NCBI GenBank assembly: GCA_046583315.1
Contig: JAYGCN010000133.1
Span: forward strand, 1 to 15,765
Reading direction: 5' to 3'
Source: Candidatus Hydrogenedentota bacterium
GTDB taxonomy: Bacteria > Hydrogenedentota > Hydrogenedentia > Hydrogenedentales > GCA-2746185
Length of the DNA: 15,765 bases
Made by a program: the position numbers and the translations under genes. The notes beneath the pieces were generated by a model. The model had not been told where the DNA came from. It searched no databases and was given only the letters and a program-made list of their open reading frames with translations. Shown piece by piece: positions 1-8,865 of this stretch. Positions within the stretch are counted from its first letter, which is position 1. Every line of letters starts with the position of its first letter.

Positions 1-2
1 TT

Positions 3-156
3 TGTGCCCTGTAGCGAATATCGCCGGATTTCGTGTATCGCTTATGGATAGTTGGCATACTTCCCCCGAAATACTGTCGTTTGTTTCCAGTTATTGGGGA
101 TTATTATCGCAGTTCGTAGTTATTTGCGCCAAGTTACACCCTGAGTGTGCCCTGTA
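3..156. repeat. 11-bp direct repeat TGTGCCCTGTA (3-13, 146-156) plus a degenerate tandem copy TACACCCTGAG (135-145); possible integrase arm-type sites
   Basis: The exact repeat is visible in the sequence, just downstream of the tRNA 3' end. The functional interpretation is inference. Confidence 0.5.
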
Positions 157-236
157 CGTCAAGATGCGGATGCGCCTCGAAGGAGAGATGACAAGATAAT
201 CGTGAAAAACGGCTGAAAACAAAGGGTAAATAAAAA

Positions 237-320
237 TGGCGGAGGATGAGGGACTCGAACCCACAAGACCGAAGTCGCCGGTTTTCAAGACCGGTGCATT
301 ACCAATTATGCTAATCCTCC
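237..320 (-). tRNA. tRNA-Ser (anticodon TGA), CCA encoded
   Basis: The minus strand reads GGAGGAT TA GCAT AATTGGTA ATGC A CCGGT CTTGAAA ACCGG CGACTTCGGTCTT GTGGG TTCGAGT CCCTC ATCCTCC GCCA. This gives a 7-bp acceptor stem, D arm, anticodon loop CT-TGA-AA, variable arm, TTCGA T-loop, G73 discriminator and CCA (84 nt). Confidence 0.96.
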
Positions 321-339
321 GCGCTGAGAAGGCGGGCGT

Positions 340-382
340 GTTTGGTGAGGGCATTATAGCGCGGGAGCTTGGATTGATTCCA
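340..382 (-). promoter_or_regulatory. Putative sigma70 promoter of the tRNA
   Basis: Perfect TATAAT on the minus strand (353-358), followed by a GC-rich discriminator (GCCCTCACC) as in stable-RNA promoters. The -35 is weak (TGGAAT, 377-382, 18-bp spacer). Confidence 0.6.
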
Positions 383-396
383 GTCGGCAGGGGTCG

Positions 397-786
397 TTAG
401 TCGCTGTGTCGTTCTCCGCCGGGCAGGTATCGTTTGATCTGGGCGACCAATTCCTGTGGCATGATGGGTTTGATGAGCAGCGCCTGGGCCCCGGCTTTTT
501 GTGCTTTCTCGCGTACGTCTTGGCTGTGCGCAGAGGTCAGGCAGATCACCGGTATGGACCGTGTCTCGGGATCGGCTTTGAGCTGTATGCAGGTCTCGTA
601 ACCGCTCATCATGGGCATCATGATATCGAGCACGATCACTTGTGGTTTGTCGACGGCGGCGATGTCGAGCGCACTGATTCCGTCGTAGGCGGTATACACG
701 TCGAAGCCTTCGCTTTTCAGTGTGCGCTCAATCAGCGCGACGATATCGGGTTCGTCGTCGACGATTAATACACTTGGTTTGCTCAT
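397..786 (-). CDS. Single-domain response regulator (CheY/PilH-like receiver)
   Basis: Receiver motifs LIVDDEPD, VLDIMMPMMSGYE (phospho-Asp), ICLTS and IKP; no output domain. A GAGGT RBS precedes the ATG. Confidence 0.92.
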   Translation of the reverse strand: MSKPSVLIVDDEPDIVALIERTLKSEGFDVYTAYDGISALDIAAVDKPQVIVLDIMMPMMSGYETCIQLKADPETRSIPVICLTSAHSQDVREKAQKAGAQALLIKPIMPQELVAQIKRYLPGGERHSD

Positions 787-821
787 AGCTACCTCTTTTA
801 CAATTTATTGTGGCCATACTT

Positions 822-1181
822 TTATATAGACACGGGTCGTTGGCTCGCTTTTGGAATGGCCTTCTTTTCCAGGTGCAGGCCATGATCGTAGAAACCATCC
901 GATGTTGCTTCGATGCGCACGATTGTACCGACGTGGGGGGTCGACATTTTTTTCTGAAATTGTTCGTCTCGCATCAATTGCACCGTTACGTTGGTATTAA
1001 TGGCCACTGGTTCCAGCATACGAACGAGCATGCCGCGTGGCGTGACATCGAGCACGACACCGTTGATCGATTCATTATCCAGCTCGACGACACATGGGCG
1101 ACAGGTCTCCGTGCGAGGGTCGGATCGACTCCCCCGGATAAGGGACTTCTCATCTTTCGAGAAAAACATCTCGTCAGCCAT
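822..1181 (-). CDS. PilZ-domain protein (probable c-di-GMP receptor), about 119 aa
   Basis: RSDPR (RxxxR) and DVTPRG (D/NxSxxG-like, S->T), followed by a beta-rich region ending GTIVRIE...YDHGLHLE. The start is placed at ATG 1181 (MADEMFF, GGAG upstream) rather than the ORF-track start at 1301. Confidence 0.75.
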   Translation of the reverse strand: MADEMFFSKDEKSLIRGSRSDPRTETCRPCVVELDNESINGVVLDVTPRGMLVRMLEPVAINTNVTVQLMRDEQFQKKMSTPHVGTIVRIEATSDGFYDHGLHLEKKAIPKASQRPVSI

Positions 1182-1342
1182 ATACTTTTCCGCTCCATTG
1201 CGTTTCTTGTAGTGTAGCATATCGAATCGGAGGCATCTTTTTCCAAATTCGCTCTTTTCATGAATTGCAGATGGAGATTTTCCGAGCCGAACTGTGTACA
1301 CTGGTAGTCTGCTTAATATGGTTTTGAGAGGGAACAGTTAAG

Positions 1343-4300
1343 GTGCGTTCCACCCGATTAAATATCCGTGTGTCACGCACACTGCTGTTCGTGGTGTTTG
1401 GTGTCATCTTCTGCGTAAGCACCTATGCTGCCGAGTTCGATTCTCCGCGACAGTTTTCGAAATTCCACAGCCGTTGGGCGCAATCACTTGCTGGTTCCAC
1501 GCCTCAACTGCTCTTTGTGGTGAACGAGCATGAATTGGGGGATGCACACGAGATCGCGTGGCAAATTGATGCGAATTCGGTTTTTGAAGTCGTTGAATCG
1601 GGCGAGAGATTTTTCACGGAGAGTGATCTTTTGCGATCGGACGCATTCATCGTCAGCGTCGGCGTTTGGAACAATTTGGCCGATGGCGATCGTCAAAGTT
1701 TTCTTGATCGAGTCAAGGAGGGTTCAGGGCTGGTCTTGTTGGAGACGAATGCAGACAGCAATGACGGGTTGCTTACCGTTCCGTATTCCTTGTTGCCCAC
1801 GCCGGCATCGTTGAATCCCGATGTAGCGATTCCCCCTCAAGTGCTTGCTACCGGCACGGCCTTCACCTGGAAGGTCGGCTCTCATGGTCAGGGTCGCGTG
1901 GCCTACGGGGTGAGTCCGGCTTCTTCGCTGCACCACGGATTGATCCCGGTCACTCATCTTCGTGGTATCGATGCGCGTTTGCCTTACGATTATCACGTCG
2001 GCCAAGTCATACGTGCGTTGTTGTGGGCGGTGGCCTTCGATGCTCCAGCGCGAATCAAGAAACTGGAGAGACTGGAGGAAGAGTTGCCGAGTGCTGAGGA
2101 AATTCCGCCTCAAATACCGGCCAAGTACATGCAATACATGAACGATGTGCGTTTGCGGTCCACGACGGGCGTTTTTCAATTGCAATTGACCGAGCCTGCT
2201 TCGGTTCCTCTCTCGGTGTCATTGCGTGTGCGGCATCCCTTTCGAGACGTGCAGTGGGAGGTTCCTGAGCTGCTGCAAATTCCGAAGGGAGCCACTCAGG
2301 TGCATTTCTACTTGCCCCTCGGGCGCGGTGATGCCTGCATCGATCTTTGGCTCAGTCACAAAAATGATGTGAGCGATTGGGCCAGCATCGGCATTTACGC
2401 GAACATTTGGCCAATGCTTGAAGAGGTGGCCTTCAGTAAAACACTTGTCTCTCCCAATGACTCGATTGAAGTCGAATTTTCCGTGCGACAGAATTTGTTT
2501 ACGCCAGCGCAGACCTTTGCCCATCTTGTTCTCAGGGATACCTTTGATCGCGTAGTGGCGTTCAAAGTCGTGCCGGTGAATCCGAATGGCAATGTGGTGA
2601 AAGCGCGATTCGGATGGACGGACGCGTTGACGGCTTCGCTCAAACTGGACATCTATCTTCTCGAGAACGCCGTCGGACTGCCGGATGATTGGTATAAACG
2701 GCAGGCGAGTTACGCGGGAACGCAACTTGTCGTCGAGCGGCCCACTCGTTCGGGATTGCACTGGATACTCAATGACATGGCGCTCAATGAGCCGGAAAGC
2801 TATCGACGGTTCAGGGAGCTGAGCGCGCTGGGTTTAAATGGGCTTGTCGTTGGCAATGCGGCTTGGGTGGATACGGCAGCTATCGAATCCAATCTGGACA
2901 CGATCGTTACCTTCGACGCTTTCTCGCGTATTTCCCCGGATGCCGCGACAACGCGTGTACCGTGTTTGACCAGTCTTGAGTGGCAGCAGGCTCAATACGA
3001 GCGGGCGGCGGACTGGTCGGTGTGGGCGCGGACGCATGGTGTTGCCTACACGATGTTGTTAGAACCAGAGGGCATCCCTGCATTTTCCGATGCCTGCGAT
3101 TCTGCCACGTGTCGTGCCGCGTTTCGTAGTGATTTGCAGCGCTATTACCCGAATTTGGACGCGCTGAATCGTAGTTGGCAATCGAACTACGCAACGTGGG
3201 GCGAAATCGATGCACCTGTTTCAGAGTCACCCCACGCGGCAGAGGTGGACTATTTTCGAAGTCGAATGGATATCCACGCGCGTGCTTATGCGGATGTGTC
3301 AGGATACCTTCGCGAATTTGATGCTGGCATTCATTCAGCGATCAGTCTGTCGGCACCGACACCTGTTTTCTCGCCCCTTATGGCCCTATCCCAATTGAAC
3401 GTCGCCTTGGCTTCGCCGGTATCACTTGCGAAACTGCGGTCGTATTCCTCCTTTAATGCGAGGGTCGGTGTGCAGATAGGGTCAGATGATTTTGGGAATC
3501 CAGCACAATGGCCGTGGCGATCGGTTTTCAACCGAATGGAGGTTATCCAGACTCCCGAACCCGTTGAAATGTATGCGGGAAATACATTGTCCGAGTTCTC
3601 GGAGTCGTTGTCTGCGATACGCGATGGTTACGATACGTTGCTCCTGCAGGCGAAGACCGATTCAGCTGATGTCGCGGTATACGAGAACGCTGCAAGTTTG
3701 CATGCCTCCGACAAGGAAGGTCGCCAGGTGATGCAGGCGCGTCAATCGCGACTCGTCGATGCGCTTCGCGAAGGGAATCTTCTCTATGATTTCGTGTCTT
3801 ACGAGCAATTGATGGAAACTGGTCTGTCCCGGTATGCGTTGGTTCTAATTCCGCATGCGCCGGCGTTGAGTGCTGAGGAAATCGCGATTTTTGAGCGATT
3901 CGAAAAAGATGGCGGCGTGTTAGGTGTCAGCGAGGGTACGGGAGTCTTGAATGAGCACGGTGTTGTTGCGCCCGACCAATTTAAGGTGCGTGCTGCATCG
4001 AATTGGAGCATTGATGACGAGGTAAATCTCGCGGAGACATTGAGCGAGCTTTCCAAAAAACTTCATCTTCCGACTCAAGCGCCTGCATTGAAGAAATCGC
4101 TTCAATCCGATGCGCGTGTCGATTGGTTCCGATTTCACTATGGCGCGGCGACGATAGTGGCGGCCATTCGAGAGCCAGATGGTCGAAGGGTAAAGCCCGA
4201 GTTAGTGCTAGCAGACGGCCATTGGGCCTACGACATGATCGCCGGAGAATTATTGAGCGTGAAAAAGCCGCGACTTCAATTTGACGAGCGGGGCGTGGGG

Positions 4301-4621
4301 CTTGTCTCGATGCTTCCTTATCGCGTCAGTCGACTCATTCTGGACGGCCCGAATGTTTTGCAAGCCGGACAGCGACTATCGTTTTCGGTTGAAGTGAAAA
4401 CGTTCGACGCGCTGCCGGAAGAACACTGGATTCTTGTTCGGCTACGTGATCCCAATGAAGAATCAATCGAGTACTATCGAACCCAGATCGCCTGCGTGGA
4501 TGGGAAAGGAAGGGCCTACATTCCGATTGCGCTGAACGAGACGCCGGGACGGTATACGCTTGAAGTACGCGATGTGCTTACGGGAATGACTGCGACAAAG
4601 AGCATCGACATCCTTCGGTGA
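1343..4621 (+). CDS. Large secreted multidomain protein: GH42/beta-galactosidase-like region, trimerisation (GATase-like) domain and C-terminal MG2/Ig-like domain
   Basis: 1092-aa ORF with a signal peptide (MRSTR...VVFGVIFCVSTYA/AE). GH42-type segment ACDSATCRAAFRSDLQRYYPNLDALNRSWQSNYATWGEI; trimerisation-like LYDFVSYEQL...LSRYALVLIP...FEKDGGVL; C-terminal VRLRDPN...IPIALNETPGRYTLEVRD. Confidence 0.7.
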   Translation: MRSTRLNIRVSRTLLFVVFGVIFCVSTYAAEFDSPRQFSKFHSRWAQSLAGSTPQLLFVVNEHELGDAHEIAWQIDANSVFEVVESGERFFTESDLLRSDAFIVSVGVWNNLADGDRQSFLDRVKEGSGLVLLETNADSNDGLLTVPYSLLPTPASLNPDVAIPPQVLATGTAFTWKVGSHGQGRVAYGVSPASSLHHGLIPVTHLRGIDARLPYDYHVGQVIRALLWAVAFDAPARIKKLERLEEELPSAEEIPPQIPAKYMQYMNDVRLRSTTGVFQLQLTEPASVPLSVSLRVRHPFRDVQWEVPELLQIPKGATQVHFYLPLGRGDACIDLWLSHKNDVSDWASIGIYANIWPMLEEVAFSKTLVSPNDSIEVEFSVRQNLFTPAQTFAHLVLRDTFDRVVAFKVVPVNPNGNVVKARFGWTDALTASLKLDIYLLENAVGLPDDWYKRQASYAGTQLVVERPTRSGLHWILNDMALNEPESYRRFRELSALGLNGLVVGNAAWVDTAAIESNLDTIVTFDAFSRISPDAATTRVPCLTSLEWQQAQYERAADWSVWARTHGVAYTMLLEPEGIPAFSDACDSATCRAAFRSDLQRYYPNLDALNRSWQSNYATWGEIDAPVSESPHAAEVDYFRSRMDIHARAYADVSGYLREFDAGIHSAISLSAPTPVFSPLMALSQLNVALASPVSLAKLRSYSSFNARVGVQIGSDDFGNPAQWPWRSVFNRMEVIQTPEPVEMYAGNTLSEFSESLSAIRDGYDTLLLQAKTDSADVAVYENAASLHASDKEGRQVMQARQSRLVDALREGNLLYDFVSYEQLMETGLSRYALVLIPHAPALSAEEIAIFERFEKDGGVLGVSEGTGVLNEHGVVAPDQFKVRAASNWSIDDEVNLAETLSELSKKLHLPTQAPALKKSLQSDARVDWFRFHYGAATIVAAIREPDGRRVKPELVLADGHWAYDMIAGELLSVKKPRLQFDERGVGLVSMLPYRVSRLILDGPNVLQAGQRLSFSVEVKTFDALPEEHWILVRLRDPNEESIEYYRTQIACVDGKGRAYIPIALNETPGRYTLEVRDVLTGMTATKSIDILR

Positions 4622-4631
4622 TGCCCGTCTG

Positions 4632-6029
4632 TTACTCTTCGGGAGCGTCTCCGTCCAATTCATATTTTTGTAGGCGATAGCGAAACGAACGTGTGCTAAG
4701 CCCGAGCAATGAAGCGGATTTTTTTCGCGAATCGTTTGTCCTTCCAAGAGCCTGCTGGATTAAGTCAATCTCAAGTTGCTCAACGAGTTCTTCCAAATCA
4801 AGACCATCTGCTGGAAGATTGGTTGGCACTTTATTGGATTCGGGGACGAAACCGAGCAGATTTGCAGGCAGATCGGTTACCTCCATCTGGCCTTTTTGCG
4901 ACAACGCCACGGCGCGTTCCATCACGTTTCCCAACTCGCGTACATTGCCCGGCCAATCGTATTTAATCAATATGGCCATCACGTCGTCGGAGATTTCGAG
5001 ATTCGGGAGTTCAAGTTTTTCACTGTAGGATCGCGCGAAATGTTGCGCGAGCAGGGGAATATCGTCGCCACGTTCACGCAAGGTTGGCATGAGAATGGGA
5101 ATCACGTTGAGCCGGTAGTAGAGGTCCTGGCGAAACCCGCCTTCTTGGGACATCTTTTCGAGGTCGCGGTTTGTGGCCGATACAATCCGGACATCGACTT
5201 CGATTGATTCGGTGCCGCCAAGGCGGGTGATGATGCTGTTGTCCAATACACGCAATAACTTTACTTGCAATGAAAGAGGCATCTCCCCGATTTCGTCCAG
5301 AAACAGGGTGCCGCCGTTCGCCGTAAGGAATAGGCCATCTTTGTCTTCCACGGCACCCGTAAATGCGCCTCGTTTGTGCCCGAACAATTCGCTTTCCAGT
5401 AGATTTTCCGGAATGCCGCCACAGTTGATGGCGACGAAGGGTTTTTCGGCACGTTCACTGAGCTGGTGAATACCGCGCGCAACGAGTTCCTTACCGGTCC
5501 CGCTTTCACCCTGAATCGCGATGGTGCTGGGTAGCACGGCGACTCGCCGAATCATATCGCGTACTTGCTCAATGGCCTGACTGGTGCCAATCATGTTGGT
5601 GACCTGGCCGTGGCGTGCCTGGTCTTTCTTCAGCGCGGCGTTTTCCCGAATGACTTCGCTTTGTTCGATGGCGCGTTGAACGATGAATTTGATTTCGTCA
5701 TTCTTGAACGGTTTAATGATGTAGTCTGCCGCGCCGAGTTTCATGGCTTCTATCGCAGTTTCCACAGAGCCGTGCGCGGTCATCATCACAGCCGGCGTGC
5801 TCATGCCTTGATCGCTGATCCAGCGGAGCAATTGCATGCCGGAATCCTGATCGGCTCCGATACGCAGATCGGTGATCACGGCATCGTAATGCGCTTTCTC
5901 TAACTTCAACTGCCCTTCGGGCACATCTGCGGCGGTGTCAACGTGATAACCTTCATTACCGAAAATAATTTCCAGCAATTCGCGCATGCCTTGCTCATCA
6001 TCTACAACCAGCAATCGTTTAGAGCCCAT
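4632..6029 (-). CDS. pilR: Sigma54-dependent NtrC-family response regulator, PilR-like
   Basis: Receiver domain (LVVDDE, ITDLRI, MTAHG, KPF), AAA+ domain (GESGTGKE, ELFGHKRGAFTGA, LFLDEIGE, WPGNVREL) and Fis-type HTH. Likely start is ATG 6029 after AAGGA, overlapping the kinase stop. The gene name comes from synteny. Confidence 0.88.
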   Translation of the reverse strand: MGSKRLLVVDDEQGMRELLEIIFGNEGYHVDTAADVPEGQLKLEKAHYDAVITDLRIGADQDSGMQLLRWISDQGMSTPAVMMTAHGSVETAIEAMKLGAADYIIKPFKNDEIKFIVQRAIEQSEVIRENAALKKDQARHGQVTNMIGTSQAIEQVRDMIRRVAVLPSTIAIQGESGTGKELVARGIHQLSERAEKPFVAINCGGIPENLLESELFGHKRGAFTGAVEDKDGLFLTANGGTLFLDEIGEMPLSLQVKLLRVLDNSIITRLGGTESIEVDVRIVSATNRDLEKMSQEGGFRQDLYYRLNVIPILMPTLRERGDDIPLLAQHFARSYSEKLELPNLEISDDVMAILIKYDWPGNVRELGNVMERAVALSQKGQMEVTDLPANLLGFVPESNKVPTNLPADGLDLEELVEQLEIDLIQQALGRTNDSRKKSASLLGLSTRSFRYRLQKYELDGDAPEE

Positions 6030-7704
6030 CGGCGATTTCCTTGGGTGCAATCCGGGCCAAAGGCAACTGCACGATCATTGTGCAACCCCCACCCGCACGG
6101 TTCATGGCCCGTAGTGTACCATTGTGAGCCGTAACAATCCGCATGCATACGGCCAATCCCATGCCGGTGCCTGAATCTTTCATCGTAAAAAACGGTTCAA
6201 ACACTTTGTCGATTCGCTCGGGATCGATTCCAGGGCCGGTATCTTCGAAACGCACCTCGACGGGGCCATCGCCGAATTGGTATACATGGATCTGAAGGTC
6301 GCCTTTATGTTTCATGGCTTCGACAGCGTTGTGTGCGATATTGACGAAGACCTGTTTCAATTGCGAGGCATCCCCGAGTACCCAGCCAGCGTTGAGGTCT
6401 GGGTGAAAATTGATGGTCAAATTCGAATCGTTATCATATTCACGGCGGATGAGTTGCAGTACGTCTTCGACCACTGGAATCAACTCGATTCGTTGCAATG
6501 CAGGGGACGGATCGAGGGAATAATTCAGGAAACCCTGCACGATTTCGTTCAAATGATCCGATTCTCTCAGTGCCATGTCCTGCAATCGTTCACGCAACTC
6601 GGGGACATCTGCCGAAGTGGAGAGTTCATCGATCGCACCGCGTATCACGGCAACAGGATTGCGTATCTCGTGGGCTAGACCCGCGGCGAGCTCGCCGATG
6701 ACGGCCAGTCGATCCTGTTTGCGGAGTTCGTTTCGCATCACGTCCATTTCAGTGAGGTCCGTAAATGAGACGATGATGCCTGTTGTCGTGTCGTTCGCGG
6801 AATATACATGATTTGTTGTCAGGCCCAACAGGAGTGATTTCCCAGAGGGATGCTGCAATTGAAATTCATAACTGGTGTAGTCCTGGCCCGATCGTAACGC
6901 CGTCAGCACAGGGCACTCGGAACCGGACGCGGCTTGCATGACTTCGGTAATGGGTCTGCCTAAGGCGAGTTGTTCGTGGAAACCGAGTATGTTGGTCGCA
7001 GACTGATTGTGCGCGCGCACGATGCCACGCGCGTCAGTGATCACGAAACCGGCGTTCATGTTATCGAGTATTTCACGCTGAAATTCGCGGAGGCGGTGGA
7101 TGCGTGTGTTCCAAAATCCTGAAATGAAGGCGGTGAGGTACATGAGCATGACTTGAACACCGTAGTTGTACCAGAGCCCGAATGAGTCGATGTCCACCTC
7201 GTCCGTCACTGGATGGGTCATTGTCTGCTCAAACATGAAAATCGAAGCGAGTGTTGCAAAAACGAAACCCTGCCTCAGCCCGAGTAGCACGCCGACTTCG
7301 AGCACCACGATGACGAACAAGAAACTGAAAAAACTCGCCGGGCCGTCAGTGAATGCGATTGTGAGAGCAACGACGGCGAAATCAACGAACATGTGCGCCC
7401 ACGTTTGCGACACACTTACTGCGCGTTGGATATAAAGGCCGTATAAATAGAGGTGATTTGTTGCAAAGGCGAATAGGTATAATCCGAACAGATAGTATGA
7501 ACCGGGAGAGTCGGTGACGAATGCTGAACCGATCGTAATGAACGCGAGTACACCCATTCGGGCGACACCAGAATTGCGTAGCCACTCATGGCCGCCTTCG
7601 CGTGTCCATTCGGGATAGGCGGGATCTTGTTGAGAGCCGCCAAGAAATCGAGACCGGGTAGTGTTTTTTGCCGATTGCCGTGAATCGTGAGCATCCTCAG
7701 CCAT
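6019..7704 (-). CDS. pilS: Membrane sensor histidine kinase with PAS domain, PilS-like
   Basis: About 6 N-terminal TM helices, PAS (ILDNMNAGFVITDARG), H-box LAHEIRNP, N-box QVFVNIAHNA, and G boxes DTGPGI / GTGMGLA. Lies between pilT and pilR. Start is ATG 7704 or TTG 7722. Confidence 0.85.
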   Translation of the reverse strand: MAEDAHDSRQSAKNTTRSRFLGGSQQDPAYPEWTREGGHEWLRNSGVARMGVLAFITIGSAFVTDSPGSYYLFGLYLFAFATNHLYLYGLYIQRAVSVSQTWAHMFVDFAVVALTIAFTDGPASFFSFLFVIVVLEVGVLLGLRQGFVFATLASIFMFEQTMTHPVTDEVDIDSFGLWYNYGVQVMLMYLTAFISGFWNTRIHRLREFQREILDNMNAGFVITDARGIVRAHNQSATNILGFHEQLALGRPITEVMQAASGSECPVLTALRSGQDYTSYEFQLQHPSGKSLLLGLTTNHVYSANDTTTGIIVSFTDLTEMDVMRNELRKQDRLAVIGELAAGLAHEIRNPVAVIRGAIDELSTSADVPELRERLQDMALRESDHLNEIVQGFLNYSLDPSPALQRIELIPVVEDVLQLIRREYDNDSNLTINFHPDLNAGWVLGDASQLKQVFVNIAHNAVEAMKHKGDLQIHVYQFGDGPVEVRFEDTGPGIDPERIDKVFEPFFTMKDSGTGMGLAVCMRIVTAHNGTLRAMNRAGGGCTMIVQLPLARIAPKEIADGL

Positions 7705-7738
7705 GTCGTGGGCATCCCTCAACGGTATTCACAGGCGA

Positions 7739-8836
7739 TTACAGGCTTTTTCCTTTGTCGATCAGTGCCTGAAGGCCTTCTTGATTGGAGCTACGCTTCA
7801 TCGCCATATCCAGGGTAATCACGTTGCGTTTGAATAGCCGATAGAGTGATTGATTCATTGTCATCATGCCTTCGCCGGCGCCGATTTCGATCATCGAAGG
7901 AATCTGTTCGAGTTTTTGCGAACGAATGAGTGCCCGGATTGCAGGATTCAGCAGCATGAGTTCCAGAGCCATGACACGGCCCGCGCCGTCCGAACGGGGA
8001 ACCAGTTGTTGCACGCATACACCTTCCAATACGAACGACAATTGTGTGCGCACCTGATCTTGTTGAGCCGCCGGAAATACATCGATGATACGGTTCATTG
8101 TTTGCAAGGCATCATTTGTGTGCAGTGTCGCAAAGGCCAAGTGACCGGTTTCGGCAACGGTTAATCCAGACAGGATCGTTTCCGGGTCGCGCATTTCGCC
8201 AATGAGAATTACGTCCGGATCCTGACGCAGTACTCGTTTCAGGGAAGCTGCGAATGACTTCGTGTCCGAATTCACTTCGCGTTGATTGACGATGGCAGTC
8301 TTGTGGGAGTGAAGGAATTCTATGGGGTCTTCGATTGTAATTATGTGTACGGGGCGTTCGCGGTTTATTTTGTCAATGATGGCTGCCAGGGTTGTTGATT
8401 TTCCGCTACCGGTCGGGCCGCATATCAATACCAGCCCATTGGGTTTATAGGCGAAATCCGCAAGGGGTTGTGGCAGGCCCAATTCTTCAAAGGTCATGAT
8501 TTCGTAGGGAATCGTACGGAAGGCAGCGACGACTGAGCCGCGATCACGATATACATTGAGACGGAATCGGCTTAATCCTTGAATCCCGAATGACAAGTCA
8601 CATTCTTTTTCTTCTTCAAATTCAGCGATCTGCTCTTCGTTCATCACCGAATAAATTATTTCCTGCGTCTCATTGGGTCGCAACACGGGATAGCCGTGCA
8701 TCGGTTCGCAATCCCCGTGAATACGCATCATGGGAGGAGCACCAGCAACCACATGAAGATCACTTCCCCCCATTTCGATTAGATTGACCAACAACTGTTT
8801 AATGTTGATATCAGTTGCTTCAGATGTTTCTGCCAT
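7739..8836 (-). CDS. pilT: Type IV pilus retraction ATPase PilT
   Basis: GSDLH, RFRLNVY, Walker A GPTGSGKSTT, TIEDPIE, LRQDPDVILIGEMRD, His box TGHLAFATLHT, and AIRALIR (AIRNLIRE motif). Confidence 0.95.
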   Translation of the reverse strand: MAETSEATDINIKQLLVNLIEMGGSDLHVVAGAPPMMRIHGDCEPMHGYPVLRPNETQEIIYSVMNEEQIAEFEEEKECDLSFGIQGLSRFRLNVYRDRGSVVAAFRTIPYEIMTFEELGLPQPLADFAYKPNGLVLICGPTGSGKSTTLAAIIDKINRERPVHIITIEDPIEFLHSHKTAIVNQREVNSDTKSFAASLKRVLRQDPDVILIGEMRDPETILSGLTVAETGHLAFATLHTNDALQTMNRIIDVFPAAQQDQVRTQLSFVLEGVCVQQLVPRSDGAGRVMALELMLLNPAIRALIRSQKLEQIPSMIEIGAGEGMMTMNQSLYRLFKRNVITLDMAMKRSSNQEGLQALIDKGKSL

Positions 8837-8865
8837 AGTGTATTCCCCGTGTCGTTCCTACCTCA

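Noticed and set aside
91..354. 87-aa ORF across the tRNA, and ORF 2-199
   Set aside because: They overlap the tRNA and att-like region and have no protein motifs.
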